A DNA stretch of 63,683 bases from Verrucomicrobiia bacterium (GTDB lineage: Bacteria > Methylomirabilota > Methylomirabilia > Rokubacteriales > CSP1-6), in contig DATJIR010000386.1 in the NCBI GenBank assembly GCA_035493135.1, forward strand, positions 1 to 63,683, given 5' to 3'. Positions within the stretch are counted from its first letter, which is position 1. Each line of letters starts with the position of its first letter. Below the pieces are notes generated by a model. The model saw only the letters and a program-made list of their open reading frames with translations, was not told where the DNA came from and did not search any database. Positions 18,401 through 27,584 of this stretch are shown one piece after another. The translations under genes were made by a program, and so were the position numbers.

Positions 18401-19945
18401 ATGGAATTGACCCGACGTGACCTGCTCAAGGGAGCGGCCGCCCTGGGCGCCGCCGCCGCGGTACCGCTGACCGCGGGGGGCCAGGCACTCGCGCAGACCA
18501 CCCAGAAGAAGGAGCTGGTCACCGCGCAGAGCGGCGACATCTCGAAGTTCGATCCGCACTTCAGCACGTCGTCCAACGACATCCGCGTGTCGTTCAACGT
18601 CTTCGACAACCTCACGAGCCGGCATCCGGACGGCAAGCTCTACCCGGGCCTCGCCACCGAGTGGAAGCTCGAGGGGCAGACCACCTGGCGCTTCAAGCTG
18701 CGGCAGGGGGTGAAGTTCCACAACGGCGACCCGTTCACCTCGGCCGACGCCAAGTACAGCATCGAGCGCACCTACGATCCGGCGGCCAAGACCATGGTGG
18801 CCACGGCCCTCGCCACCATCGACAAGGTCGAGGCTCCGGACGCGCAGACGCTGGTGATCACCACGAAGAAGCCCGACCCGCTGCTGCCCGCGCGCCTCGG
18901 CTTCTACGGCGGCCAGGTCGTGCCGAAGAAGTACCTCGAGTCGGTGGGCAACGACACCTTCAACGCCAAGCCGGTCGGGACCGGCCCGCTGAAGTTCGGC
19001 TCCTGGGTGAAGGACGACCGGGCGGTGCTCGAGGCCAACCCCGACTACTGGGGCGGCAAGATCGACGTGGACCGGTGGATCATGCGGCCGATCCCGGAGA
19101 CCGCGCCGCGCATCGCGGCCCTGCTGAAGGGCGAGGTGGACGTGATCACCCAGCTGCCGCCCGACCAGGAGGAGCGGGTGGCCGGCAACGCCTCCACCCG
19201 GGTGGCGGGCGCGCTCTACGCCGGGCTCTACGTGCTGGCGGTGAACAGCAAGCGGCCGCCGCTCGACAACCCGCTCGTGAAGCAGGCGCTCTCGCTCGCC
19301 ATCGACCGCGAGGCGATCGTGAAGGAGCTGTGGAGGGGCCGCGGGGTCGTCCCGAGCGGCATGATCGCCAAGGGCGACAACCACTTCGACACGAGCCTGC
19401 CCCCGCTGGCCTACAAGCCCGCCGAGGCGAAGGAGCGGTTGAAGAAGGCCGGCTACAAGGGCGAGGAGGTCTTCATCGAGACCACCGTCGCCTACGTGGC
19501 CCAGGACAAGGCGATGTCGGAAGCCATCGCGGCGATGTGGAAGGACGTGGGCGTCAACGTGAAGGTCGAGGTGATCGAGTACTCCGTGCGCGCCCAGAAG
19601 AACCGCGAGAAGAGCTTCAAGGGCGTGTTCTGGTCGGACCCGACCTCGACGCTCGGTGATCCGGACGGCATGGCCTGGCGGCTCCTCGGCCCGGGCGGAC
19701 CTCAAGATTACTGGCGCGAGGCCAAGTTCGACGAGCTGGGCAACGCGGCGCGGTTCAGCGTCGACGAGAAGTTCCGCGGGCAGGCCTACAAGGAGATGAC
19801 CAAGATCTTCCTGGAGCACCTCCCGTGGCTGCCGGTCATCCAGCCGTACGAGGACTACGGGCTCCAGAAGTACGTGGAGTTCACCCCGAACCCGAACCAG
19901 CAGTTCGAGCTTCGCCGCTTCAACTTCAAGCTCCGCCGCGCGTAG
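18401..19945 (+). CDS. ABC transporter substrate-binding protein, family 5 (peptide/nickel type), Tat signal
   Basis: MELTRRDLLKGAAALGAAAAVPLTAGGQALA is a twin-arginine signal, preceded by a GAGGAGG RBS. The body is family-5 SBP-like. Confidence 0.85.
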   Translation: MELTRRDLLKGAAALGAAAAVPLTAGGQALAQTTQKKELVTAQSGDISKFDPHFSTSSNDIRVSFNVFDNLTSRHPDGKLYPGLATEWKLEGQTTWRFKLRQGVKFHNGDPFTSADAKYSIERTYDPAAKTMVATALATIDKVEAPDAQTLVITTKKPDPLLPARLGFYGGQVVPKKYLESVGNDTFNAKPVGTGPLKFGSWVKDDRAVLEANPDYWGGKIDVDRWIMRPIPETAPRIAALLKGEVDVITQLPPDQEERVAGNASTRVAGALYAGLYVLAVNSKRPPLDNPLVKQALSLAIDREAIVKELWRGRGVVPSGMIAKGDNHFDTSLPPLAYKPAEAKERLKKAGYKGEEVFIETTVAYVAQDKAMSEAIAAMWKDVGVNVKVEVIEYSVRAQKNREKSFKGVFWSDPTSTLGDPDGMAWRLLGPGGPQDYWREAKFDELGNAARFSVDEKFRGQAYKEMTKIFLEHLPWLPVIQPYEDYGLQKYVEFTPNPNQQFELRRFNFKLRRA

Positions 19946-19960
19946 CCGCGCCCCCTGACC

Positions 19961-19994
19961 CTGCCCTCTCCCCGCGCTCCGGGGGAGAGGGCAG
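19961..19994. other. Intercistronic REP-like hairpin between the SBP and permease genes
   Basis: A perfect 13-bp stem, ctgccctctcccc paired with ggggagagggcag, with an 8-nt loop. Confidence 0.6.
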
Positions 19995-20009
19995 CGAGGG
20001 GCCTTGTTC

Positions 20010-20936
20010 ATGCGCGGATTCGTCCCGTTCCTCGGTCAGCGTCTCTTCCGCGCCCTCATCGCGCTCTGGCTCGTGTCCACCGTGGTCTTCGTGGTCATGC
20101 GCCTGTCCGGCGACCCGGTGCCGCTCCTGCTGCCCCCCGACGCGCCGACCAGCGAGATCCTGCGGGTCCGCCGCGAGCTGGGCCTCGACAAGCCGCTGCC
20201 CGCGCAGTACGTGATCTTCCTCGGCAACCTCGCACGCGGCGACTTCGGCCGCTCGATCCACTTCCGCGAGCCCGCCTTCGACGTGGTACGCGGCTACCTG
20301 GCCGCCACCCTCGAGCTCGGCCTCACCGCCTTCGTGCTGGCCGCGGTGGTGGCGGTGCCGATCGGACTGTTCTCCGCCATGCGGCGGAACACCCTGGTGG
20401 ATCACGTGGCGATGGGCCTGGCCCTCATCGGGCAGTCCGCGCCCACCTTCTTCCTCGGCATCCTGTTCATCCTGCTGCTGTCGCTCAAGGCGGATCTCTT
20501 CCCGACCTCGGGGCGCGGCGACTGGCGCAACCTGGTGCTCCCCGCGCTGACCCTGGGGGCCTTCACGATGGCCTCGATCGCGCGGCTGACGCGGTCCGCG
20601 GTGCTCGAGGTGCTGCGCGCCGACTACATCCGCACCGCGCGGGCCAAGGGCGTGAAGGAGACGTGGGTGGTAGCCAAGCACACCCTCAAGAACGCGGCGA
20701 TCCCGATCGTGACCATCACCGGGCTGCAGTTCGGCACGCTCCTGGGTGGGGCTGTGGTCACCGAGACCGTGTTCTCGTGGCCGGGCATCGGTCGGCTCGC
20801 GGTGCAGTCGATCTACAATCGCGACTACGCGGTGGTGCAATGTACCGTGTTCCTGGCCGCCCTGATGTTCGTGGTGATCAACTTCTTCGTCGATCTCATC
20901 TATGGCGTCCTCGATCCCCGCATCCGCGCCGGCTGA
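20010..20936 (+). CDS. ABC transporter permease (DppB/OppB-like)
   Basis: N-terminus MRGFVPFLGQRLFRALIALWLVSTVVFVVMRLSGDP, and an EAA-like loop in DYIRTARAKGVKE. Confidence 0.85.
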   Translation: MRGFVPFLGQRLFRALIALWLVSTVVFVVMRLSGDPVPLLLPPDAPTSEILRVRRELGLDKPLPAQYVIFLGNLARGDFGRSIHFREPAFDVVRGYLAATLELGLTAFVLAAVVAVPIGLFSAMRRNTLVDHVAMGLALIGQSAPTFFLGILFILLLSLKADLFPTSGRGDWRNLVLPALTLGAFTMASIARLTRSAVLEVLRADYIRTARAKGVKETWVVAKHTLKNAAIPIVTITGLQFGTLLGGAVVTETVFSWPGIGRLAVQSIYNRDYAVVQCTVFLAALMFVVINFFVDLIYGVLDPRIRAG

Positions 20937-21810
20937 CGCGGTCCTTGCCGCGCCAGCGGTCCGGCCCCGCGGCCGCCGACGTCGCGCCCCGGGCCTGGTG
21001 CTGCTCGGGGTGGGCTTCGTGGTGCTGCTGCTGCTGGTGGCCACCGCGGCGCCCCTGATCGCGCCGCAGGACCCGATCCGCCAGAGCCTGCGCGGTCGCC
21101 TCGCCGCCCCGACCTGGAGCGGGACCGACGGTCACGCCCACCTGCTCGGCACCGATCACCTGGGCCGCGACGTGCTCTCGCGGGTGATCTGGGGCTCGCG
21201 GGTGTCGCTCGTGATCGGCTTCGCGGCGGTGCTGGTGGGCGGGGTGATCGGCTCCGCGGCGGGGCTGGCCGCGGGCTTCAGCCGCGGGCGGATGGACGCC
21301 ATCGTGATGACGCTGGCCGACGCGCAGCTCGCGTTCCCGTTCATCCTGCTCGCGATCGGTATCATCGCGGTGCTCGGCCCGAGCTTCCCCACGCTGGTGG
21401 TGGTGATCGGGCTCTCCGGCTGGGTCTCCTACGCCCGCATCCTGCGCTCGCAGGTGCTGGTGCTGCGCTCGCGCGAGTTCGTGGAGTCGATCCACGCCCT
21501 CGGCGGCTCCCTCGCCCGCGTCGTGCTCCGCCACGTGCTGCCCAACGTGCTCTCCACCATCGTGGTCATCGCGACCCTCGAGCTGGCCCGGGCCATCGTG
21601 CTCGAGGCCACGCTCTCGTTCCTAGGCCTGGGGATCCAGCCTCCGACGCCCTCCTGGGGCGGCATGGTGCAGGAAGGCCGCGAGTACCTCGACTCGGCGT
21701 GGTGGATCTCGACCTGCCCCGGGATCGTGCTCATGGTCACCTCGATCGTGGTCAGCCGCACCGGCGACTGGCTGCGCGACGTGCTGGACCCGACTCTCCG
21801 CGGAGAGTAG
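20902..21810 (+). CDS. ABC transporter permease (DppC/OppC-like)
   Basis: Typical LGTDHLGRDVLSRVIWGSRVSL motif. It overlaps the upstream permease gene by 35 nt, and the start is uncertain. Confidence 0.8.
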   Translation: MASSIPASAPADAVLAAPAVRPRGRRRRAPGLVLLGVGFVVLLLLVATAAPLIAPQDPIRQSLRGRLAAPTWSGTDGHAHLLGTDHLGRDVLSRVIWGSRVSLVIGFAAVLVGGVIGSAAGLAAGFSRGRMDAIVMTLADAQLAFPFILLAIGIIAVLGPSFPTLVVVIGLSGWVSYARILRSQVLVLRSREFVESIHALGGSLARVVLRHVLPNVLSTIVVIATLELARAIVLEATLSFLGLGIQPPTPSWGGMVQEGREYLDSAWWISTCPGIVLMVTSIVVSRTGDWLRDVLDPTLRGE

Positions 21811-21829
21811 GGCGGAAAGGATCCATCCG

Positions 21830-22231
21830 ATGCCGGTCACCACCCTGATCGAGTACGAGGCGGCCAGCCGCGAGGTTCGCGCGGTCTACGATGACATCAT
21901 GGCCACGCGCAAGACCGACTGGATCAACAACTTCTGGAAGGCCCTCGCCAACCACCCGCCGACCCTCCGCCGCACCTGGGAGAGCATCAAGCAGATCATG
22001 GGGCCGGGTGCCCTCGACCCGCTCACCAAGGAGATGGTCTACCTGGCGGTCAGCGCGGCCAACGGCTGCGATTACTGCATCGCCTCCCACACCGCGGGCG
22101 CGCGCCGGGCCGGGATGAGCGAGGCGATGCGGGGCGAGCTGCTCGCGGTGGTCGGGATGGCCTGCGAGACCAACTCGCTGGCCAACGCCTATCAGGTGCC
22201 GGTCGACGATCGGTTCCGCGATCCGACCTGA
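21830..22231 (+). CDS. Carboxymuconolactone decarboxylase / AhpD-like family protein
   Basis: 133 aa with a CxxC motif in SAANGCDYCIASHT. Confidence 0.75.
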   Translation: MPVTTLIEYEAASREVRAVYDDIMATRKTDWINNFWKALANHPPTLRRTWESIKQIMGPGALDPLTKEMVYLAVSAANGCDYCIASHTAGARRAGMSEAMRGELLAVVGMACETNSLANAYQVPVDDRFRDPT

Positions 22232-23133
22232 GCCGCCGCGCGCCGCTCGAGGCGCAGGTCGGCGACGGTGTGCCCGGCCAGGGCGGCCAGCACCACCGCG
22301 CCGCCCACCAGCGACGGGGCGCCCGGGTTCTCGCCGAGGGCGAGCCACACCCAGACCGGCCCCAGCACGCTCTCCAGCACCGCGATCAGCGAGGTCTCGG
22401 CCACCGGGATACGTCGCGCTCCCGCGGTGAACAGGATCATGCCGAGCCCGAGCTGGCCGGCTCCGAAGAACGCCAGGCGCACGAGGTCGCCCGCCGCGGC
22501 GGCGGCGGGGGTCGCCGGGCCCGCCGCGACCACGCTGGTGAGCGCGGCGGCCAGCGCGGCCGCGGGCAGCATCTGCACCTGGCGGCGGCGCCGCAGGAGC
22601 ACGGTGGCGGTGGCGAAGGTGAGGGCCACCGCGAAGGCGAGCCCGTCGCCGCCGAGCGAGCCGGTGGCGGGCGTGGAGTAGAAGTAGCGCGAGACCATGA
22701 TCGCGCTCCCCATGAGGGCCACGCCCATGGCCAGCCAGGTGCGGCCGGCCACGCGCTCACCCATCCAGGCCCACCCGAGCAGCCCGGCCATGAACGGGCT
22801 CAGGCTCTGGATGATCAGCACGTTCGCGACCGAGGTGCGGTGGAGCGCCATGATGAAGCAGGTGGAGCCGATCGCGAAGCTCACCGCCATGCCGACCCCG
22901 CCGAGGCCCATGCCCGCGAAGACGCCCGGCGTGCCCCGGCCCTCGCGCGCCGCGGTCACCGCGACGAGGAACGCGGCGCAGAAGAGCCCGCGCCAGAACA
23001 CGGTGGTCCACGGGTCGGTGTCCACGCTGCGCGCCATCAGGCCGCCCAGGCTCCAGAAGGCGGCCGCGGTGGCCACCAGGATCCGGCCGCGCCGGCGGTC
23101 GGGGGCGCCGTCGGGGAGCGTCGGGGCGCTCAT
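22192..23133 (-). CDS. EamA/DMT family transporter
   Basis: 313 aa and about 10 TM from ATG 23133 (MSAPTLPDG). Its 3' end overlaps the convergent gene by 40 nt. The ORF-track 563-aa form fuses an out-of-frame upstream region. Confidence 0.75.
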   Translation of the reverse strand: MSAPTLPDGAPDRRRGRILVATAAAFWSLGGLMARSVDTDPWTTVFWRGLFCAAFLVAVTAAREGRGTPGVFAGMGLGGVGMAVSFAIGSTCFIMALHRTSVANVLIIQSLSPFMAGLLGWAWMGERVAGRTWLAMGVALMGSAIMVSRYFYSTPATGSLGGDGLAFAVALTFATATVLLRRRRQVQMLPAAALAAALTSVVAAGPATPAAAAAGDLVRLAFFGAGQLGLGMILFTAGARRIPVAETSLIAVLESVLGPVWVWLALGENPGAPSLVGGAVVLAALAGHTVADLRLERRAAAQVGSRNRSSTGT

Positions 23134-23984
23134 CGGGCGAGGGCCACGCAGGCCACCCCGGCCAGCACCACCGCGGCGCCGGCGAGCCGCCGCGCCCCCG
23201 CGCCTTCCTTCATCCAGGTCGCGCCGATGATCGCGGAGAGCACGATCGACATCTCGCGGGCGGCCACCACGTAACCGGTCTTGGAGAGCTGGAACGCGAA
23301 GAGGACCAGCAGGTAGGCGGTCGGGCTCATCAGCGCGGCCGCGACGATCGTCGAGCGGTTGAGCCGCCATTCCCGACGCCGCGCCTCCGGTCGCGCGAGT
23401 GCCACCGGAGCGAGCAGGGCGCAGGAGCCGACCTGCATGAGCCAGATGTAGGCGAGCGGGCTGATGCGGGCGATCCCGGCCCGGTCGAGGAGCGAGTAGG
23501 CCGCGATCAGCACCCCGGTGGTGAGCGCCCAGCCGGTGCCCGAGCGATGGAGCGCGGCGGCGGTCCACGCGCCGGGGCGCCAGTGCAGTCCGAGGATGCC
23601 GCTCGCCACCAGGGCCACCCCGAGCGTGCCGAGGGCCGAGAGCCGCTCGTCGAAGATGGCGAGGGCGGCCACCGGAACGAGCGCCACCCCGAGCCCCCGC
23701 GCGATGGGGTAGACGAGGGAGAAGTCGCCCGCCGCGTAGGCGCGCCCGAGCGAGAAGAAGTAGAGCGCGTGCAGGATCACGGTGCCGATCACGAACGGCA
23801 AAGCGGCGGACCGGAAGCCATCGCGAGCCAGCACCCAGAGCGCGATCGGGGTGTAGAGCCCGGAGGCGACCACGCCCGCCCACCAGAGGAACAGCACCGG
23901 ATCGCCCGCCCGCTTGACGAGCGCGTTCCAGCCCGCGTGGAGCACGGCCGCGCCCGCGACGAGGAGGAGGGCGGCGACGGTCAC
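23130..23984 (-). CDS. EamA/DMT family transporter
   Basis: 284 aa, multi-TM, with a GTG start. There is an ATGA stop/start overlap with the downstream DMT gene. Confidence 0.7.
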   Translation of the reverse strand: MTVAALLLVAGAAVLHAGWNALVKRAGDPVLFLWWAGVVASGLYTPIALWVLARDGFRSAALPFVIGTVILHALYFFSLGRAYAAGDFSLVYPIARGLGVALVPVAALAIFDERLSALGTLGVALVASGILGLHWRPGAWTAAALHRSGTGWALTTGVLIAAYSLLDRAGIARISPLAYIWLMQVGSCALLAPVALARPEARRREWRLNRSTIVAAALMSPTAYLLVLFAFQLSKTGYVVAAREMSIVLSAIIGATWMKEGAGARRLAGAAVVLAGVACVALAR

Positions 23985-24044
23985 CGGGACAGGGTAGGGG
24001 TTTCCCCCGGCGACGCCAAGCGATTACTATGGGAGAGCGCTTCC

Positions 24045-24665
24045 ATGGCCCACTCCCTCCGGCTCGTCGAGGACCGGCTCGCCGCGGGCGCCGCCGCGCC
24101 GGCCTCGCGCGTCCCGCGCGTGCTCTACGCGGCCGAGGGCGCGCTGCTCGCCGGCGGGGCGACCGAGCCGGTGGACGCGGTGGGGCCGGGCACGGAGGGC
24201 GCGCGGGCCGCCGCGTCCGCGGCGCGTGTCTACCGCGTGGAGCTGGTGCGTCAGCCGCCGCCGCCCGCGGGCGGCCGCGTCCTGCTCGAGCACCCGATCG
24301 ACCTGACCGGCGGCGCGGGCTGGCTCATGCGCTGCGACCGGGTGGACTTCGAGCCGGGCGGCGTCGCGCCGCCGCACCGGCACCGGGGCGGCGGCATCCG
24401 GTGCCTGCTGCGGGGCGGTCTGGAGGTCACGGTGGGCGAGGGCGCCCCGCGCGCGGTCTCCCCGGGCGAGGCCTGGTTCGAGAGCGGGCGCGAGCCGGTG
24501 CTCGCGGTGGCGGCGGACGACCGGGAGACGAGCTTCATCCGCGTCTCGATCCTGCCCGCGGCGATCCGGGGGCAGTCCTCGATCCTCTACGTCGATCCGG
24601 CCGACGCGGCCCGCGGCCGGCCGCGGCGCTACACGGTCTACGTCGACGAGCCGATCGGACTCTGA
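24045..24665 (+). CDS. Cupin-domain protein
   Basis: 206 aa with cupin-like segments PHRHRGGGIRCLLRGGLEV and PGEAWFE. It ends 3 nt before the GT28 gene. Confidence 0.6.
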   Translation: MAHSLRLVEDRLAAGAAAPASRVPRVLYAAEGALLAGGATEPVDAVGPGTEGARAAASAARVYRVELVRQPPPPAGGRVLLEHPIDLTGGAGWLMRCDRVDFEPGGVAPPHRHRGGGIRCLLRGGLEVTVGEGAPRAVSPGEAWFESGREPVLAVAADDRETSFIRVSILPAAIRGQSSILYVDPADAARGRPRRYTVYVDEPIGL

Positions 24666-24667
24666 CC

Positions 24668-25789
24668 ATGCGCGTCCTCATCCTGAGCGCGAGCTACGGC
24701 TCCGGCCACGCGGAGGCCGCGCGCAGCCTGGCCGCCGCCTTCGTGAGCCGCGGCGCCGAGCCGATGGTGGTCGACCACTTCCGCGACCTGGTGCACCCGG
24801 TCTTCGCGCGCGCGAGCGGCGCGATCTACTACTGGCTGCTGCGCCGGGCCCCCACGCTGTGGGCGCTCGGCTACACCCTCGGTGACCGGCTGGGGCCGGA
24901 GTCCCCGCTGGCCTTCGGCGTGCCGCGGCTCGGCGTGGTGGGGCTCGGGCAGCTGCTCGACACGATGCGGCCGGACGCGGTGGTGACCGTCCACGCCACG
25001 CCGGCCGCCGCGATGGCCGCGCTCGCCGCCTCCGGTCGCGCGATGCCGCCCCACACCACCGCGGTGACCGACTTCGTGGCCCACAGCCAGTGGATGCCGC
25101 GCCCGGTGGACCGCTACTGCGTGGCGGCCGAGGAGGTGCGGAACGAGTTCGTGGCGCGCGGGATCCCGCCCGACCGCGTGGTGGTCACCGGGGTGCCGGT
25201 GCGGGAGGAGTTCTCGCGCCCGGTCGAGGCCCCCGAGGCCCGCCGCGCGCTCGGCCTCGCCCCGGGGCTGCCCACCGTGGTCGCGATGGCGGGCACCCAG
25301 GGCTCGCTCGGGCGGCTCCCCGACGTGGTCCACGCGCTCCTCACCGTCGAGCGCCCGATGCAGGCGGTCGTGGTGGCGGGGCGGGACGAGCGGCTGCGCG
25401 CGCGGCTCACCCGCCTGGCCGCCGGCAGCCCGGTGCGGGTGGCGGGTTACGTCGAGGACGTCCGCACGCTGCTGGCCGCGGCGGACCTGCTCGTCACCAA
25501 GGCGGGAGGCATGACGCTCGCGGAGGCCACCGCCACCGGGGTGCCGCTGCTCCTCTACGGCAGCCTGCCGGGCCAGGAGATCGGCAACGAGCGCTTCGCC
25601 TCCCGCGCGGGCATCGCGCTGGTGGCCCGCTCGCGCGGCGAGCTTCGCCGCCTGCTCGACCGCGCGCTCGCCGATCCGGACACGATGGAGCGGATGCAGG
25701 GCTCGCTCCGGCGGCTCCGCCGCCCGGACGCGGCGGCCCACATCGTCGATCTCGTCCTCGAGCAGATCGCGACCCGCCGGAGGGGCTGA
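24668..25789 (+). CDS. Diacylglycerol glycosyltransferase (MGDG-synthase / UgtP-like, GT28)
   Basis: N-terminus MRVLILSASYGSGHAEAARSL. The C-terminal LVTKAGGMTLAEATATGVPLLLY is a GT28-type motif. Confidence 0.75.
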   Translation: MRVLILSASYGSGHAEAARSLAAAFVSRGAEPMVVDHFRDLVHPVFARASGAIYYWLLRRAPTLWALGYTLGDRLGPESPLAFGVPRLGVVGLGQLLDTMRPDAVVTVHATPAAAMAALAASGRAMPPHTTAVTDFVAHSQWMPRPVDRYCVAAEEVRNEFVARGIPPDRVVVTGVPVREEFSRPVEAPEARRALGLAPGLPTVVAMAGTQGSLGRLPDVVHALLTVERPMQAVVVAGRDERLRARLTRLAAGSPVRVAGYVEDVRTLLAAADLLVTKAGGMTLAEATATGVPLLLYGSLPGQEIGNERFASRAGIALVARSRGELRRLLDRALADPDTMERMQGSLRRLRRPDAAAHIVDLVLEQIATRRRG

Positions 25790-25790
25790 C

Positions 25791-27584
25791 GTGTCGCAGT
25801 TCACGTTCTGTCTCGAGAGCGGCGATCGCGCGCTCCGGGAGGGGCGCTATGCCGACGCCGAGCAGGCCCTCGGAGCCGCGCTGGCCCTCGATCCCCGCAG
25901 CGTCAAGGCGCACTTCAAGCTCGGCCTCACGCTCGAGCGGCAGCGCAAGTGGGCGCCCGCCGAGGCCGCGTTCCGGGCCGCGCTGCGTGGTAAGCGCGAC
26001 CACGCGACCGCGTGGCTGCGCCTGGCCACGGTGTGCCGCCGCCTCGGCAAGGCGCGCGAGGAGGAGACCGCCGCGCGCGAGGCGGTGCGCCTGGCCCCCC
26101 GTAGCAGCGAGGCGCGCCACGGCCTCGCGGTGACCCTCGCCCGCCTCGGGCGCGCGGAGGATGCGGTGGCCGCCTTCGAGGAGACGATCCGGCTGGCGCC
26201 CTCGAACTCGGTCGCCCACGCCGGTCTCGGCCTGGCCCTCACGACGCTCGGCCGTCACGGCGACGCGGCGGCCGCGTTCGGCCGCGCCGCGGCGCTCGAT
26301 CCCCGGTCGTACAAGGCGCATCTCCAGCACGCGGAGGCCCACCGCCGCCAGCGCCGCTGGGGCGAGGCCGCGGAGGCCTACCGGGCGGCGGTCGCCCTCC
26401 GGCCCGCGGAGCCCGCCCTCCACGGCCGCCTCGGGCTCATGCTCGAGCGCCAGCGGTGCTACCGCGAGGCGGTGGGCGCCTACACGCGCGCGGCCCGGCT
26501 CGACAGCACCGGCGCGCGCTGGCGCGCCCGGCTCGGCCGCGTGCTCGAGCGCCAGGGCCGCTTCGCCGACGCGGAGGCCGCGCTGCTCGAGGCGCTCCGC
26601 CGGGAGCCCGACCGCGTCGACGCCCACCTGGGGCTGGCCATGATCTATCGCCGCCAGGGCAAGTGGGGGGAGGAGGCGCGCGTGTACGAGCAGGCCATCC
26701 GCCTGAAGCCGGGCGACGCGCATCTGCACGCCGACCTCGGGCTGGCCCTCGAGGCCCAGGGCCTGCTCGGGCCCGCCGAGGGCCAATTCCGCCGCGCGGT
26801 GGCGCTCGCGCCCGACAACGCCGATCTGCACGTGGAGCTCGGCATCGCGATGGGCCGTCAGGGGCGGCACGCGGAGGCGGAGGCCGCGCTGCGCGAGGCG
26901 GTGCGGCTCAACCCCCAGGACGTGGTGGCCCGCTCGAACCTGGCCCTCGGCCTCGGGCGCCAGGGGCGGCACGCCGAGTCGGAGGTGGCGTATCGCCATG
27001 CGCTCGTGCTCAAGGCGGACGGCGCGCCGCTCCACCGCGGGCTCGGCATGGCGCTCTACTCGCAGGGCAAGCGCGGAGAAGCCGAGGCCGCGTTCCGCGA
27101 GGCGGTCCGGCTCAAGCCGAGCTACGCTCGCGCGTGGGGCGACCTGGGAGAGCTCCTGACCGAGACCGGCCGCCACGACGAGGCGGTGGAGGCCTTTCGC
27201 GAGGCCATCGCGGTGAAGCCCGGGCGCATCGCCTCTCACCGCGGCCTCGGCGCGGTGCGCCTGCTGCAGGCGCGCCCCGACCTGGCCGAGGCCGCGTTTC
27301 GCGCCGCGCTCGCGCTGCGTCCGGACGATTCGCAGAGCCACTTCGGGCTGTGGACCGCCCTGGAGCGGCAGGGCAAGGCGGCGGAGCTGGAGGCCGCCTA
27401 CCGGGAGGCGATCGGGGGGAGTCCCGACATGGTGGAGGCGTACGCCCGGCTGGGGGAGCTGCTGGCCCGGCAGGGCCGCTGGCGGGAAGCGGAGCCGGCC
27501 TATCGGGAGGCGGTGCGGCTCCAACCCGACGACGCGCGCTCGCGCGTCGCGCTCAGCGCGGTGCTGCGTCGCCCCCGCGGCTAG
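25791..27584 (+). CDS. Tetratricopeptide-repeat protein (about 17 TPRs)
   Basis: 597 aa of recurring 34-aa units (A..A.R.A..L.P....A...LG..L...GR..EA). The GTG start is 1 nt after the GT28 stop. Confidence 0.85.
   Translation: MSQFTFCLESGDRALREGRYADAEQALGAALALDPRSVKAHFKLGLTLERQRKWAPAEAAFRAALRGKRDHATAWLRLATVCRRLGKAREEETAAREAVRLAPRSSEARHGLAVTLARLGRAEDAVAAFEETIRLAPSNSVAHAGLGLALTTLGRHGDAAAAFGRAAALDPRSYKAHLQHAEAHRRQRRWGEAAEAYRAAVALRPAEPALHGRLGLMLERQRCYREAVGAYTRAARLDSTGARWRARLGRVLERQGRFADAEAALLEALRREPDRVDAHLGLAMIYRRQGKWGEEARVYEQAIRLKPGDAHLHADLGLALEAQGLLGPAEGQFRRAVALAPDNADLHVELGIAMGRQGRHAEAEAALREAVRLNPQDVVARSNLALGLGRQGRHAESEVAYRHALVLKADGAPLHRGLGMALYSQGKRGEAEAAFREAVRLKPSYARAWGDLGELLTETGRHDEAVEAFREAIAVKPGRIASHRGLGAVRLLQARPDLAEAAFRAALALRPDDSQSHFGLWTALERQGKAAELEAAYREAIGGSPDMVEAYARLGELLARQGRWREAEPAYREAVRLQPDDARSRVALSAVLRRPRG

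Noticed and set aside
22192-23883. A 563-aa ORF suggesting a large fused DMT-family protein.
   Set aside because: The N-terminal 250 or so codons are out of frame with the real upstream DMT gene (23130-23984) and of low complexity. Two separate transporters of about 300 aa joined by an ATGA overlap fit better.
25494-27524. A 676-aa minus-strand ORF opposite the TPR gene. The 830-aa ORF at 33685-36177 and the 625-aa ORF at 18134-20011 are of the same kind.
   Set aside because: These are antisense artefacts of high-GC coding regions. The plus-strand products (TPR repeats, ATP-grasp, family-5 SBP) have clear family signatures.
25791-27584. A periodic repeat of about 102 bp that could be mistaken for a repeat array or CRISPR-like structure.
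   Set aside because: The periodicity is the 34-aa TPR unit of a continuous ORF. The repeats are degenerate at the DNA level and there are no spacer-like unique segments.
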